Below, in pieces: positions 9,262-19,200 of a stretch of DNA of 64,000 nt (position 1 is the stretch's first letter; each line of letters begins with the position of its first letter). The notes beneath the pieces were generated by a model. That model saw nothing but the letters and a program-made list of their open reading frames with translations. It searched no databases and had not been told where the DNA came from. Position numbers and translations under genes: made by a program. This DNA is from Actinomycetota bacterium (GTDB lineage Bacteria > Actinomycetota > UBA4738 > HRBIN12): assembly GCA_046734755.1 (NCBI GenBank), contig JBKPRY010000369.1:1529-65528 (forward strand). Direction: 5' to 3'.

Positions 9262-10679
9262 GCGGCTACCGCCCACCGCACGGTTCGATCCCGACGCTGG
9301 AGGTGCCGGACCTCGCCGACGTCCGGAGCGTGCACATGATCGGCATCGGCGGCGCGGGCATGCGCAACCTCGCCCGGCTGTTCCTCGCCAGGGGCGTGGG
9401 CGTGACGGGTTCGGACCTGAAGGACTCGGATGGCGTGCAGGAGCTCCGGGCGCTCGGGGCAGCGATCGCCACCGGTCACGCGGGGGAGAACGTTGGTGAT
9501 GCCGATGCCATCGTCGTCTCGAGCGCGATCCGCGACGACAATCCCGAGCTCGTCGAGGCGCGACGTCGCGGGATCCCGACGTGGGCGAGGGCGCAGGCTC
9601 TCGCTGCCGCCGCCACCGACCGGCGAGAGATCGCCGTCGCGGGGACGCACGGCAAGACGACCACGACCGCGATGATCGCCCTGGTCTTGGAACGCGCGGG
9701 GTTGGACCCGACCTACGTGATCGGCGGGGAGATGAACGAGTCCGGCAGTGGGGCGAACGCGGGGTCGGGTGAGCTGTTCGTCAGCGAGGCGGACGAGAGC
9801 GACGGTTCGTTCCTCCTCGGTCGCCCCGCCGTCGGCGTGATCACCAACATCGAGCTTGATCACGTCGACTTCTACGTCGGTGGGCTCGAGGAGATCGAAA
9901 GCGCTTTCACCGCGTTCGCCGGACGATGCGCCCACGTCGTTGTGTGCGCCGACGACCCGGCGGCGATGCGCGCGGTCGAGGCGGCGGGCCGGCCGGTCAC
10001 GACGTACGGCAGGCGATCGGACGCGGAGATACGGGTGGACGTCGCCTCGGTCGGCCCGGGGGGCGCCTCCGCGAAGCTGGACGCCGGCGGACAGTCTCAC
10101 GATCTCCGGTTGGCCGTGGACGGCGCACACAACCTGCTGAATGCCGCCGCCGCGGTGGCGGCCGCCGAGGCGGTCGGGGTCTCCGCCGCCGTGGCGGTGG
10201 AGACGCTCGCCGGGTTCGCCGGGGTCCACCGCCGCTTCGAGCGCCGGGGATCGGTGCGCGGCGCCGACTTCTACGACGACTACGGCCACGTTCCGACCGA
10301 GCTCGAGGTCACGCTGGACGTCGCTCGCCGAACCGACCACCGCCGGGTCCTCGCGGTGTTCCAGCCACACCGGTACTCCAGAACGCAGGCACTGTGGAAG
10401 GAGCTCGGAGCGAGCCTGGTCGGTGCCGACGTCATCGTGGTGACCGATATCTACGGCGCCGCGCAGGAGCCGATCCCCGGCGTGACCGGCAAGCTGGTGA
10501 TCGAGGGCATCGCGCGAACGGGTTGCGACCGTCGGGTCGTCTACCTGCCGCACCGCAACGACGTCGTGGAGTTCCTCGCCCGCGAGGTCCGTCGGGGCGA
10601 CCTGGTCCTGACGATGGGGTGCGGCGACGTCTGGATGTTGGGCGACGCCGCGCTCGAACGGATCGAGGAGGCGTCGTGA
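9258..10679 (+). CDS. murC: UDP-MurNAc:L-alanine ligase
   Basis: ATG 9258 (ATGA overlap with murG). HMIGIGGAGM dinucleotide-fold motif and P-loop VAGTHGKTTTTAMI. Confidence 0.93.
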   Translation: MSGYRPPHGSIPTLEVPDLADVRSVHMIGIGGAGMRNLARLFLARGVGVTGSDLKDSDGVQELRALGAAIATGHAGENVGDADAIVVSSAIRDDNPELVEARRRGIPTWARAQALAAAATDRREIAVAGTHGKTTTTAMIALVLERAGLDPTYVIGGEMNESGSGANAGSGELFVSEADESDGSFLLGRPAVGVITNIELDHVDFYVGGLEEIESAFTAFAGRCAHVVVCADDPAAMRAVEAAGRPVTTYGRRSDAEIRVDVASVGPGGASAKLDAGGQSHDLRLAVDGAHNLLNAAAAVAAAEAVGVSAAVAVETLAGFAGVHRRFERRGSVRGADFYDDYGHVPTELEVTLDVARRTDHRRVLAVFQPHRYSRTQALWKELGASLVGADVIVVTDIYGAAQEPIPGVTGKLVIEGIARTGCDRRVVYLPHRNDVVEFLAREVRRGDLVLTMGCGDVWMLGDAALERIEEAS

Positions 10680-11617
10680 CGGTCACCGACGACATGGTCG
10701 GCCGGGCGGAGGCGATCCTGCGGGCGGCGTGCGGCGAGCGGGTCCGCACGCGGTTCGAGCTCGCGGCGCTCACCACGTTCCGGATCGGCGGGCCCGCCGC
10801 CCTCTTCCTGGAACCCGAGTCACAGTCCGATCTGGTCGCGGTCTCCGAGGCCGTTCGCCAGACGGGCATCCGAGTGGCGGTGCTCGGGAAGGGCTCGAAC
10901 GTCCTGATCGCCGACGAGGGCTTTCCCGGCCTCGTGTTGCGCCTCGGGCGGAGCTACCGCTGGTCGGCTCGCGACGGGGAGCGGCTCACCGCCGGCGCCG
11001 CGATGCCGCTGCCGGCGCTGGCCGGGGTGGCCCTCGCGCACGGACTATCGGGGCTTGAGTTCGGGGTGGCGATCCCGGCCTCGCTGGGCGGCGCCGTTCG
11101 GATGAACGCCGGCGCCCACGGCGGGACGCTCGCGGACGTCGTCGAGTCCGTCGACGTCTTCGGCCTCGGTGATGGGGCGGGGCACCGCGTGAGCGCGGAC
11201 GACGCGGGCTTCTCCTATCGGCGGTCGGAGCTCGCCCCCGGCGCCGTCATCGTGGGCGCCACGGTCCGGCTGCGATCAGGCGATCCCATCGAGATCCGGG
11301 CTCGGATGGAGGAGGCTCGCGATTGGCGCCGTCGAACGCAACCGCTCGCCGAACCGAACTGTGGGAGCGTCTTCAAGAATCCGCCCGGCGACCACGCCGC
11401 CCGTCTGATCGAGGAGGCGGGGGCCAAGGGTCGTCGTCTCGGCCTCGCCTCGATCTCCACCAAACACGCGAACTTCATCATCGCGGCCCACGGCGCAACG
11501 GCCGCCGACGTCCTGTCGCTGATCCGCGAGGTCCAAGACCTCGTTGCGGACCGATCGGGCGTCCGTCTCGAACCGGAGGTGCATCTGCTTGGGGGTCTCG
11601 ACCTCGCTTCCCGCTGA
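10676..11617 (+). CDS. murB: UDP-N-acetylenolpyruvoylglucosamine reductase
   Basis: GTG 10676 (GTGA overlap with murC). FAD-binding LTTFRIGGPA ... GKGSNVLI, and C-terminal GSVFKNP motif typical of MurB. Confidence 0.9.
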   Translation: MTVTDDMVGRAEAILRAACGERVRTRFELAALTTFRIGGPAALFLEPESQSDLVAVSEAVRQTGIRVAVLGKGSNVLIADEGFPGLVLRLGRSYRWSARDGERLTAGAAMPLPALAGVALAHGLSGLEFGVAIPASLGGAVRMNAGAHGGTLADVVESVDVFGLGDGAGHRVSADDAGFSYRRSELAPGAVIVGATVRLRSGDPIEIRARMEEARDWRRRTQPLAEPNCGSVFKNPPGDHAARLIEEAGAKGRRLGLASISTKHANFIIAAHGATAADVLSLIREVQDLVADRSGVRLEPEVHLLGGLDLASR

Positions 11618-12332
11618 GTGGTTCCGGTCGCTCCGTCGCCGTCGCCGAAGGGCGTTGATCGCCGTGGGATCGGTCGCGCTCGTGATCGGTGGGGTGGCCG
11701 CGTCACGGACGTCCTTGTTCGACGTTCGCGGGATCGATGTGTCGGGTGCCGATCATCTGCATCGGCCCCAGATCGTTCGGATCGCCGGCGTCTCGAATAC
11801 GACCAACGCGCTCTGGCTGGACGAGGGCGTCGCCGAGCGCCGTCTCGAGGCCGAGCCGTGGATCGCGGACGCCGACGTCCGCGTGACCCTCCCGCTGACC
11901 GTGGAGATCGTCGTCCACGAACGCGTGCCGGTTGCCGTCGCGCGGGGAACGGTGACCTCGTTGATGGCCGCGGACGGGACCGTCCTCGGATCGGGGACGG
12001 TCGCTCGTGGCCTCCCGGTGATCGAACTCGGTGATGCGGGGAGCGTCGAGGGGATCCGACCGAGCCCGATCGGCGCCGCAAGGGCGTTGGGCGCGATGGA
12101 GCCCGCCCTGCGGGCGCAGGTTGCCCGGGTCCGCGTCCTGCTGGACGGGACACTCGAGATGCGTCTGCGGGATGGCCCGAGGGTCCGCTTCGGCACGCCG
12201 GAGGACGCCGAGCGCAAGGCCGAGACGATCCGGCAGATGCTCGCATGGGCCGGGAGCGAGGGGACGCCCCTGCGAACGATCTCGGTCGTCTCCGCGCTCG
12301 CGCCGGCGGCGACGTTCGTCGCTCCTGCCTGA
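11544..12332 (+). CDS. ftsQ: Cell division protein FtsQ/DivIB (start uncertain: ATG 11544 overlaps murB; TTG 11589 is an alternative)
   Basis: Basic N-terminus, one TM helix (ALIAVGSVALVIGGVAA), and a POTRA-like segment (FDVRGIDVSGADHLHRPQIVRIAGV). It lies between murB and ftsZ. Confidence 0.75.
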   Translation: MRTDRASVSNRRCICLGVSTSLPAEWFRSLRRRRRRALIAVGSVALVIGGVAASRTSLFDVRGIDVSGADHLHRPQIVRIAGVSNTTNALWLDEGVAERRLEAEPWIADADVRVTLPLTVEIVVHERVPVAVARGTVTSLMAADGTVLGSGTVARGLPVIELGDAGSVEGIRPSPIGAARALGAMEPALRAQVARVRVLLDGTLEMRLRDGPRVRFGTPEDAERKAETIRQMLAWAGSEGTPLRTISVVSALAPAATFVAPA

Positions 12333-12339
12333 CCCGGCG

Positions 12340-12470
12340 CTTGTTACACACACGACTAACGAGACCTGTGGGGATATTGACGGACCTGGGCTTTGATAGT
12401 AGCGTGCCGTAGTCAACGTCAAGTAGATATAACAATCAACGTTCAGTTGAGGTTCAGTCATTCGGGAGAC
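12340..12470 (+). promoter_or_regulatory. AT-rich (~47% GC) putative ftsZ promoter/operator island with direct and inverted repeats
   Basis: Counted 61 G+C in 130 nt, against ~70% in the flanks. TCAACGT occurs at 12413-12419 and 12436-12442. GTTCAGT occurs at 12441-12447 and 12452-12458 (11-bp register). Inverted repeat TCAAC-N5-GTTGA at 12436-12450. TTGACG at 12377-12382. Confidence 0.35.
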
Positions 12471-12525
12471 ACAACGGCGTTTCCCCAGGTAGACCGGGGG
12501 CTTCACCCGGGGAGCGGAGATCTCG

Positions 12526-13719
12526 GTGATGGATTCTCCTCAGAACTACCTCGCCGTCATCAAAGTGGTCGGGATCGGCGGGGGCGGTGTGAACGCGGTC
12601 AACCGCATGATCGAAGGCGGCCTGCGAGGGGTCGAGTTCATCGCGGTGAACACGGACGCGCAGACGCTGTTGATGTCGGATGCGGAGGTCAAGCTCGACA
12701 TCGGCCGGGAGACGACGCGCGGCCTCGGTGCGGGTTCGGACCCAGAGGTCGGTCGCCGGGCCGTCGAGGAGCACCGTGACGAGATCGAGGAGATCCTCAA
12801 GGGCGCCGACATGGTGTTCGTCACGGCGGGCGAGGGCGGGGGCACCGGGACCGGTGGCGCACCCATCGTCGCCGAGATCGCGCGCGCGCTCGACGCGCTC
12901 ACGATCGGAGTCGTGACGCGGCCGTTCGGGTTCGAGGGTCGTCTGCGCGCGACGCAGGCGGACCTCGGGATCAGCGAGCTGAAGAAGGCCGTCGACACGT
13001 TGATCGTCGTACCGAACGATCGCCTACTCCAGGTCTCCGACCCCAGTACTCCGATGATCGACGCGTTCCGCACGGCGGACCAGGTCCTCTTCCAGGGCGT
13101 GGACGGCATCACGTCGCTCATCACGACGCCGGGCCTGATCAACCTCGACTTCGCCGACGTCAGGTCGGTCATGACGGGGGCGGGGTCCGCGTTGATGGGG
13201 ATCGGTCAGGGCTCGGGCGAGGACCGCGCCGAGGAGGCCGCTCGATCGGCGATCTCCTCGCCGCTGCTGGAATCCTCGATCGAGGGGGCACGGGGGCTGC
13301 TGCTGTCGGTCGCCGGGCCCACCGGCCTCACCCTGCACGAGGTGAACAAGGCCGCGGACGCGATCACCCGAGTGGCGCACCCCGATGCGAACATCATCTT
13401 CGGCGCCGTGATCGACGACGCCCTGGGCGAGGAGATCCGCGTGACGGTGATCGCCGCCGGGTTCGACAAGGCGCTCACCGCGCCCACGTCGTCAAGGTTC
13501 GCGGAGAGCCGGCTGTCGCGCCTGCTGGAGGAGCCCGAGACCCTGGTGGTGATCGAGCCGTCCCCGGCGGCATCCTCGCCGATCGAGGACGAGGACGACG
13601 TCTTGCCGATGCCGTCGATCCTGGTCGAGGAGGAGGACGAGATCTTCAAGCCCGCACAGGAGCGGGTCGCGTTCGACGCCGAGGAGGATCTCGACATCCC
13701 GGACTTCTTGAAGAGCTAG
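12526..13719 (+). CDS. ftsZ: Tubulin-like division GTPase FtsZ (ATG 12529 is an alternative start)
   Basis: [13 protein letters not shown] and tubulin signature [10 protein letters not shown]. Conserved C-terminal peptide [20 protein letters not shown] lies upstream. Confidence 0.97.
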   Translation: MMDSPQNYLAVIKVVGIGGGGVNAVNRMIEGGLRGVEFIAVNTDAQTLLMSDAEVKLDIGRETTRGLGAGSDPEVGRRAVEEHRDEIEEILKGADMVFVTAGEGGGTGTGGAPIVAEIARALDALTIGVVTRPFGFEGRLRATQADLGISELKKAVDTLIVVPNDRLLQVSDPSTPMIDAFRTADQVLFQGVDGITSLITTPGLINLDFADVRSVMTGAGSALMGIGQGSGEDRAEEAARSAISSPLLESSIEGARGLLLSVAGPTGLTLHEVNKAADAITRVAHPDANIIFGAVIDDALGEEIRVTVIAAGFDKALTAPTSSRFAESRLSRLLEEPETLVVIEPSPAASSPIEDEDDVLPMPSILVEEEDEIFKPAQERVAFDAEEDLDIPDFLKS

Positions 13720-13910
13720 AGGGTGGAACGTTCGCCCCGCACCGTGGGGCGGGATCGTGTTCGAGCGGTCAGAGGCGCCCTTCCCCCGCCTCTGGGGCCC
13801 GGGATCCCGCCCCCTTCTCTGTCCCCGTAGACGGATTTTCCCGGATGCCGCCCGAATGGTGGTGATGTTCTTCGTGTGCCTCCTGTTCTTGACTGTGGGC
13901 TTCTGTTACC

Positions 13911-14630
13911 TTGCGTGACGTGCCGGCCGACCCGACGCCCGATGCCCTCCTCGCGAACCTGACGACGATCCGCGACCAGATCGCGGGTGCGTGCGAACGC
14001 GCCGGGCGAGACCCCGAGGAGGTCCGCATCGTGGCCGCGGCCAAGACCTTCGAGCCCGAGGCGATCGAACGCGTCCGCGACGCGGGCGTCCGCGAGGTGG
14101 GGGAGAACTACGTCAAGGAGCTTCGCCGCAAACGGGATCGGGTGGACGGGATCGTCTGGCATTTCATCGGAACCGTGCAGAGCCACTCGGCGCACCACGT
14201 CGCCGAGCTCGCCGACGTTGTCGAGACCGTCGTCCCAGGACGGGCGACGGACCGACTCGCGCGGCGCGCGCTCGACATCGGCCGCTCGATCCCGGTGCTG
14301 ATCGAGGTGGACTTCACGGGCGAGCGAACGGGCGTCGCCCCCGACGAGGTAGGGGTCGCGGCCGACGAGGTCGCCGAGACCAACGGCGTGGATCTCGTCG
14401 GCCTGATGACCCTGCCGCCGATGCCGTCCGTCGCCGAAGACTCCCGTCCCTTCTTCCGCCGCCTGCGGGAGCTTCGGAACGGGGTGGCGGCGCACCATCC
14501 CGAGGCGGCGGAGCTCTCCATGGGAATGTCCCTCGATTACCCGGTTGCGGTGGAGGAAGGCGCTACGATGGTCCGGATCGGCACGGCCTTGTTCGGAGCA
14601 CGGCGCCCGGAAGATACAGGGAGGACGTGA
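13911..14630 (+). CDS. yggS: YggS-family pyridoxal-phosphate homeostasis protein
   Basis: VRIVAAAKTF (PLP lysine context), HFIGTVQSHSA, and C-terminal MVRIGTALFG. This is the canonical position after ftsZ in Actinobacteria. Confidence 0.85.
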   Translation: MRDVPADPTPDALLANLTTIRDQIAGACERAGRDPEEVRIVAAAKTFEPEAIERVRDAGVREVGENYVKELRRKRDRVDGIVWHFIGTVQSHSAHHVAELADVVETVVPGRATDRLARRALDIGRSIPVLIEVDFTGERTGVAPDEVGVAADEVAETNGVDLVGLMTLPPMPSVAEDSRPFFRRLRELRNGVAAHHPEAAELSMGMSLDYPVAVEEGATMVRIGTALFGARRPEDTGRT

Positions 14631-15109
14631 TGCCAGGCGTGTGGAAGAAGACGCTCACCTATCTCGGTCTCGTCGAGGACGACGAGTTCGAGCAGCTCGA
14701 CGAGGTCGGCGCCGCCCCCGAGACCGCCGAGGTCCGTCGCTTCCAGCGACCGCAGGCCCTGCGCGAGGTGGAGCTCGAGCCCGAGCACGAGGGGATCGTG
14801 CGCACCATCCCGTCGAGTCGCCCCGCGACCGCGGGCTCGATCCACAAGTCGGAACCGCGCCGTTTCAACGAGGCGCGGGACATCGCCGATCGGTTCAAGG
14901 ACGGGATCCCGGTCATCATGAACCTGCAGAGCACCGACGACACGATCGCTCGAAGGCTCGTCGACTTCGCGTCGGGGCTGGTGTACGGGCTCGACGGGAA
15001 GATCGAGATGGTCGCCAATCGCGTCTACCTGTTGACGCCCGCGAACGTGGACGTGTCCGCCGAGGACCGCGAGCGCATCGCCGGCGGCGACCTCTACAAC
15101 CAGTTCTGA
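14630..15109 (+). CDS. sepF: FtsZ-interacting division protein SepF
   Basis: ATG 14630 overlaps the yggS TGA. N-terminal MPGVWKKTLTYLGL amphipathic helix. Conserved core GIPVIMNLQSTDDTIARRLVDFASGLVYGLDGKIEMVANRVYLLTP. Confidence 0.88.
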   Translation: MPGVWKKTLTYLGLVEDDEFEQLDEVGAAPETAEVRRFQRPQALREVELEPEHEGIVRTIPSSRPATAGSIHKSEPRRFNEARDIADRFKDGIPVIMNLQSTDDTIARRLVDFASGLVYGLDGKIEMVANRVYLLTPANVDVSAEDRERIAGGDLYNQF

Positions 15110-15137
15110 CGCCGCTCGATCGCTTCACCTCACCGAG

Positions 15138-15431
15138 ATGACCGCCGCCGAGAACGCGCTGCTCAGCCTCCTGTGCGTCGTCCTGACGGTCTACACGATC
15201 CTGCTGTTCGTCCGCGTGATCATCTCGTGGGCGTACATGTTCGGGTTCCGCCCGCCGTATTCCGGGCCGCTTCGGACGATCCTGGATCTGATCGACGACG
15301 TCACCGAGCCGGTCCTGCGCCCCCTCCGGGCGCTGATCCCACCGATCCGGGCGGGCGGCGTCGGGCTCGACATCTCCATCCTTATCGCGTTCGTTATCCT
15401 TGCGGTCCTGCGGGCCGCGCTGAACTGCTGA
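15138..15431 (+). CDS. YggT-family small membrane protein
   Basis: 97 aa with two hydrophobic helices and a central EPVLRPLR motif typical of YggT. It sits between sepF and divIVA. Confidence 0.8.
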   Translation: MTAAENALLSLLCVVLTVYTILLFVRVIISWAYMFGFRPPYSGPLRTILDLIDDVTEPVLRPLRALIPPIRAGGVGLDISILIAFVILAVLRAALNC

Positions 15432-15448
15432 CGGAGGGGGACGACTGC

Positions 15449-16201
15449 ATGCGGAGGAAGAAGGGAACGGATGACGCCCCGGCGACCGGCGCCCGGATCA
15501 CGCCGGAAGAGGTGCAGCAGGTGGAGTTCCGCCTGGCGTTCCGGGGGTACAACGAGCGCGACGTCGATGCGTTTCTTGACCGGATCACCGAGGGACTGTC
15601 CTCCTACCTCGAGGAGCTCGAGCGGATGCGGCTCGTGGGCCAGCACCCTCAGGGTGTCGCCGGCTCGACCGGCGACGCGGGCGAGACGGTAGCTCGTGCA
15701 CGGGCCGAGGCCGACGAGATCGTCCGACATGCGCACGAGCAGGCCGCGGGGATCCGGGCGGCCGCGGGCGCGGGCTCGGGCGACACTCGGGGCGTCGTGG
15801 CCCCGTTCCTGAACCAGGAACGGGAATTCCTCCAGAGCCTCGGCGGTCTCGTGCAGACGCACGCGGAAGAGATCAAGCAGATGGTGCTCGCGATCCGCGA
15901 GCGGGCCGAGGCGTCCCCGGTGCCCGACGAACGAGCGACCGCATCGAGCGCTCCCCAGAGGTCCGCCGCGGTGGCCCCGGAGGTCATCGAGCCGGCCTCG
16001 GCCGCCGAGATCCGTGAGCGGCTCCAGGCGAGCGAGCCGCCGGTCGAGATCGGGCCGGCGGACGAGGACGACCTGCCGTCGGACTCGACGCCGCCGATCG
16101 TGGTCGAGTCCGGGACCGAGCCCGTCTACTCCAGGGACGGGGCGCCCGCGACCGAGCGACGCGAACGCTCCCTGCGCGAGCTCTTCTGGGGCGAGGACTG
16201 A
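15449..16201 (+). CDS. divIVA: DivIVA/Wag31-family polar growth and division protein
   Basis: ATG 15449 is preceded by GGAGGGGG. N-terminal DivIVA signature ITPEEVQQVEFRLAFRGYNERDVDAFLDRI, followed by coiled-coil-like sequence. Confidence 0.85.
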   Translation: MRRKKGTDDAPATGARITPEEVQQVEFRLAFRGYNERDVDAFLDRITEGLSSYLEELERMRLVGQHPQGVAGSTGDAGETVARARAEADEIVRHAHEQAAGIRAAAGAGSGDTRGVVAPFLNQEREFLQSLGGLVQTHAEEIKQMVLAIRERAEASPVPDERATASSAPQRSAAVAPEVIEPASAAEIRERLQASEPPVEIGPADEDDLPSDSTPPIVVESGTEPVYSRDGAPATERRERSLRELFWGED

Positions 16202-16228
16202 GCCGAACGCTCCTAGCGCTCGAGGTCT

Positions 16229-16253
16229 GAGCCGGGCGTCTCGGCTCCGGCTC
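16229..16253. terminator. Candidate bidirectional stem-loop between convergent divIVA and ileS
   Basis: GAGCCGG (16229-16235) pairs with CCGGCTC (16247-16253). There is no U-tract and it overlaps the ileS stop. Confidence 0.3.
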
Positions 16254-19200
16254 ACGCCAGCCGGAGGCTGACCACCAGGCGAGCACCCTCGATCTCGAAG
16301 GTCTGCTCGAACGCCGAGTCGGGCGCGGTTCCGTCGACGATCTCCACGGCGAGGGTCTCTCCGGCGATCCAAGGGCGATGCGGGTCGAGCGCCTGGGCGG
16401 CTGGACCCTCTACCTGGAGGCCGAGAACGATCCGATCGCCGACCTCCAGCCCGGCGGCCTTGCGCGCGTCTTGCACCGCGCGAACCACTTCGCGGGCGAG
16501 GCCCTCGGCACGAAGCTCTGGCGTCAGCTCGAGCTCGAGCGCGACGGTGATACCGCCATCGCTCGCCACCCCCCACCCCTCGACGGTCTCCTGCACGAGG
16601 TCGACATCGGCGGGGGCGAGCTCGACCTGCTCGCTCCCCAGGTCGAGCCGGACTGGATCGCCGTGCGCGAGCGCGGCGGCGAGCGACCCGTCGTCCCGCT
16701 CGAGCGCCGTGGCCACCGCCTTGACCCGGGATCCCAGCCGGGGGCCGAGGACCTTGAAGTTCGGCTTGGCGCGCCACCGACCGAGCTGCTCGGCGGACTC
16801 CGCGAACAGCACCTGCTTCACGTTGAGCTCCTCGCCGACCAGATCGAGCAACGGTTCGAGGGCCGCGTGGTCGCCGGCGTAGTGCACGGCGGCCTCGAGC
16901 AAGGGCTGCCGCACGCGCACCTTGGTCTCGGTCCGGACGCGCCGCCCGAGCTCCACGATCTGGCGCACGGCGGCCATCGCGTCGTCGAGCCTCGGATCCA
17001 CCAGTCGCTCGTCCGCGGTCGGGTAGTCCGACAGGTGCACGGAGTCCGGTGCGCCGTTGCGGCCGGCGGCCAGGTTGCGCCACAGGGCCTCCGCGAGGAA
17101 CGGTGTGAAGGGCGCGAGCAGCTGCGAGAGGCTGACGAGGCACGCGTGCAGCGTGAGGAAGGCCGCGCGGACGTCGTCACCTCCTTCGCCGGAGGGATCC
17201 CAGAACCGCCGGCGGGCGCGCCGGACGTACCAGTTCGACAGGTCGTCCACGAAGTCGGCGATCCGCCGGCCCGCGCCGGTCGCGTCGTACGCCTCGAGGC
17301 CGTCGCGGGCGACGACCTCGGTCCGTGAGAGCTGCGAGAGCACCCATCGATCCAGGAGCGCCCGCTGCGCGACGGGCACGTTCTCGCCCTCGGCCGGGTC
17401 GAACCTGCTCGCGTTCGCGTACGTGACGAAGAACGCGTACACGTTCCGTAAGGGGAGCAGGAATTGCCGGACGACGTCGTCGAACATCTCCATGCTGACC
17501 CGGCGAGACGACCACGGCGAACCGCCCGTGAGCAGGAACCAGCGGAGCGCGTCCGCCCCCTGCCGGTCCATCACCTCGAACGCGTCCACGGTGTTGCCGA
17601 GCGACTTCGACATCTTGCGCCCGTCCCGGTCGACGATGTGCCCGAGGCAGACCACGGTGCGGTAGGTCGTGGCATCGAACAGGAGCACGCCCTCGGCCAT
17701 CAGCGTGTAGAACCAGCCGCGGGTCTGGTCGATCGCCTCGGCGATGAAGTCGGCGGGGAAGCGCTCCCCGAAACGCTCGAGTCCGCGCCCGAGCTGGGGG
17801 TGGTAGCCCCACTGCGCGTAGGGCATCGCGCCGGAGTCGTACCACGTATCGATCACCTCAGGGACCCTGGTCGAGACACCGCCGCAGGTGGGACACGGGA
17901 TCATCACCTCGTCGATCGCGGGACGATGCGGGTCGATCCCGGTCACGTCGCGGCGTGCAAGATCTGAGAGTTCTGAGAGCGACCCGATCGCGGTGTCGTG
18001 TCCCTGGTCGCATCGCCAGATCGGCAGCGGTGTGCCCCAGTAACGTTCGCGAGACAGCGCCCAGTCGACGTTGTTCTCGAGCCAGTCGCCATATCGCCCG
18101 TGCTTGATGTGCTCCGGATACCAGTCGACCTCCTCGTTCACCGCGAGCAGCCGGTCCTTGACGGCGGTCGTTCGCACGTACCAGGAGCTCCGCGCGATGT
18201 AGATCAACGGCGTGTCGCACCGCCAACACAGCGGATAGCTGTGGACGAGGGCCTCCGCTCGCAGCAGCAGCCCGCGCGACCGCAAATCGGCGATGATGGC
18301 TTCGTCCGCGTCCTTGAAGAACGTGCCGCGGACGAACGCCGGCGCCTCGTCGGTGAACCGGCCCTCGCCGTCGAGCGGCTTGAAGGTCGTCCACCCCTCG
18401 CGCCTGCCGATCTCGAGGTCCTCGGCGCCGAAGGCGGGCGCCAGGTGGACGACGCCGGTCCCGTCCTCGAGGGAGACGAAGTCGGCCGCCACGACGCGGT
18501 GGGCGCCCTCGACGTTCGGGTACAGCGGCTCGTACCGGATCCCGATCAACGCGCTCCCCGGCACCGAGCCCGCCACGACCGGCGCATCCGGCAGGACCGC
18601 GTCGCGCAGCGCCTCGGCCAGGACCAGCCGCTCTCCCTTCCGCTCGACCACCACGTACGCGGCGTCCTCCTTCACCGCGAGCCCGGTGTTGGAGATCAGC
18701 GTCCAAGGCGTCGTCGTCCACCCGAGCATCGAGGCTCCGACGAGTGAGGGGTCGGCCGCCTCGAGGATGCGGAACAGGATGTAGACGCTCGGGTCCTCGA
18801 CATCGGCGTAGCCCATCGCCACCTCGGCGTCGGACAGCGGCGTGCCGCATCGCGGGCAGTAGGTCGTGATGCGATCGTCCTGGACCAACAACCCCTTCCC
18901 GTGAAGCTGCTTGAGCGACCACCACACGCTCTCGATGTACTCGGTGTCCATGGTCCAGTACGCGTCGTCCGTATCGATCCAGAAGCCCAGGCGCTCCGTC
19001 TGGCGTTCGAATTCGCCCACGTACCGCTGGACCGACTCCCGACACAGCCGGTTGAACTCGGCGATCCCGAACGCCTCGATGTCCCGCTTGGTCTTCGTCC
19101 CGATCTCCCTCTCGACCTCGAGCTCGACCGGGAGGCCATGGCAGTCCCAACCCGCCTTGCGCGGAACGTAGTGCCCCGTCATCGCCTTGAAGCGGGGATA

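Noticed and set aside
12377-12402. TTGACG ... TGATAGTAG as a sigma-70-type -35/extended -10 promoter for ftsZ.
   Set aside because: The spacer between the hexamers is only ~14 nt, outside the usual 16-19 nt. I report the AT-rich island generically rather than as a defined promoter.
13734-13758. CGCCCC-N7-GGGGCG hairpin just after ftsZ as a terminator.
   Set aside because: It has only a 6-bp stem and no U-tract, and yggS/sepF are normally co-expressed with ftsZ. The evidence is too weak to list as a feature.
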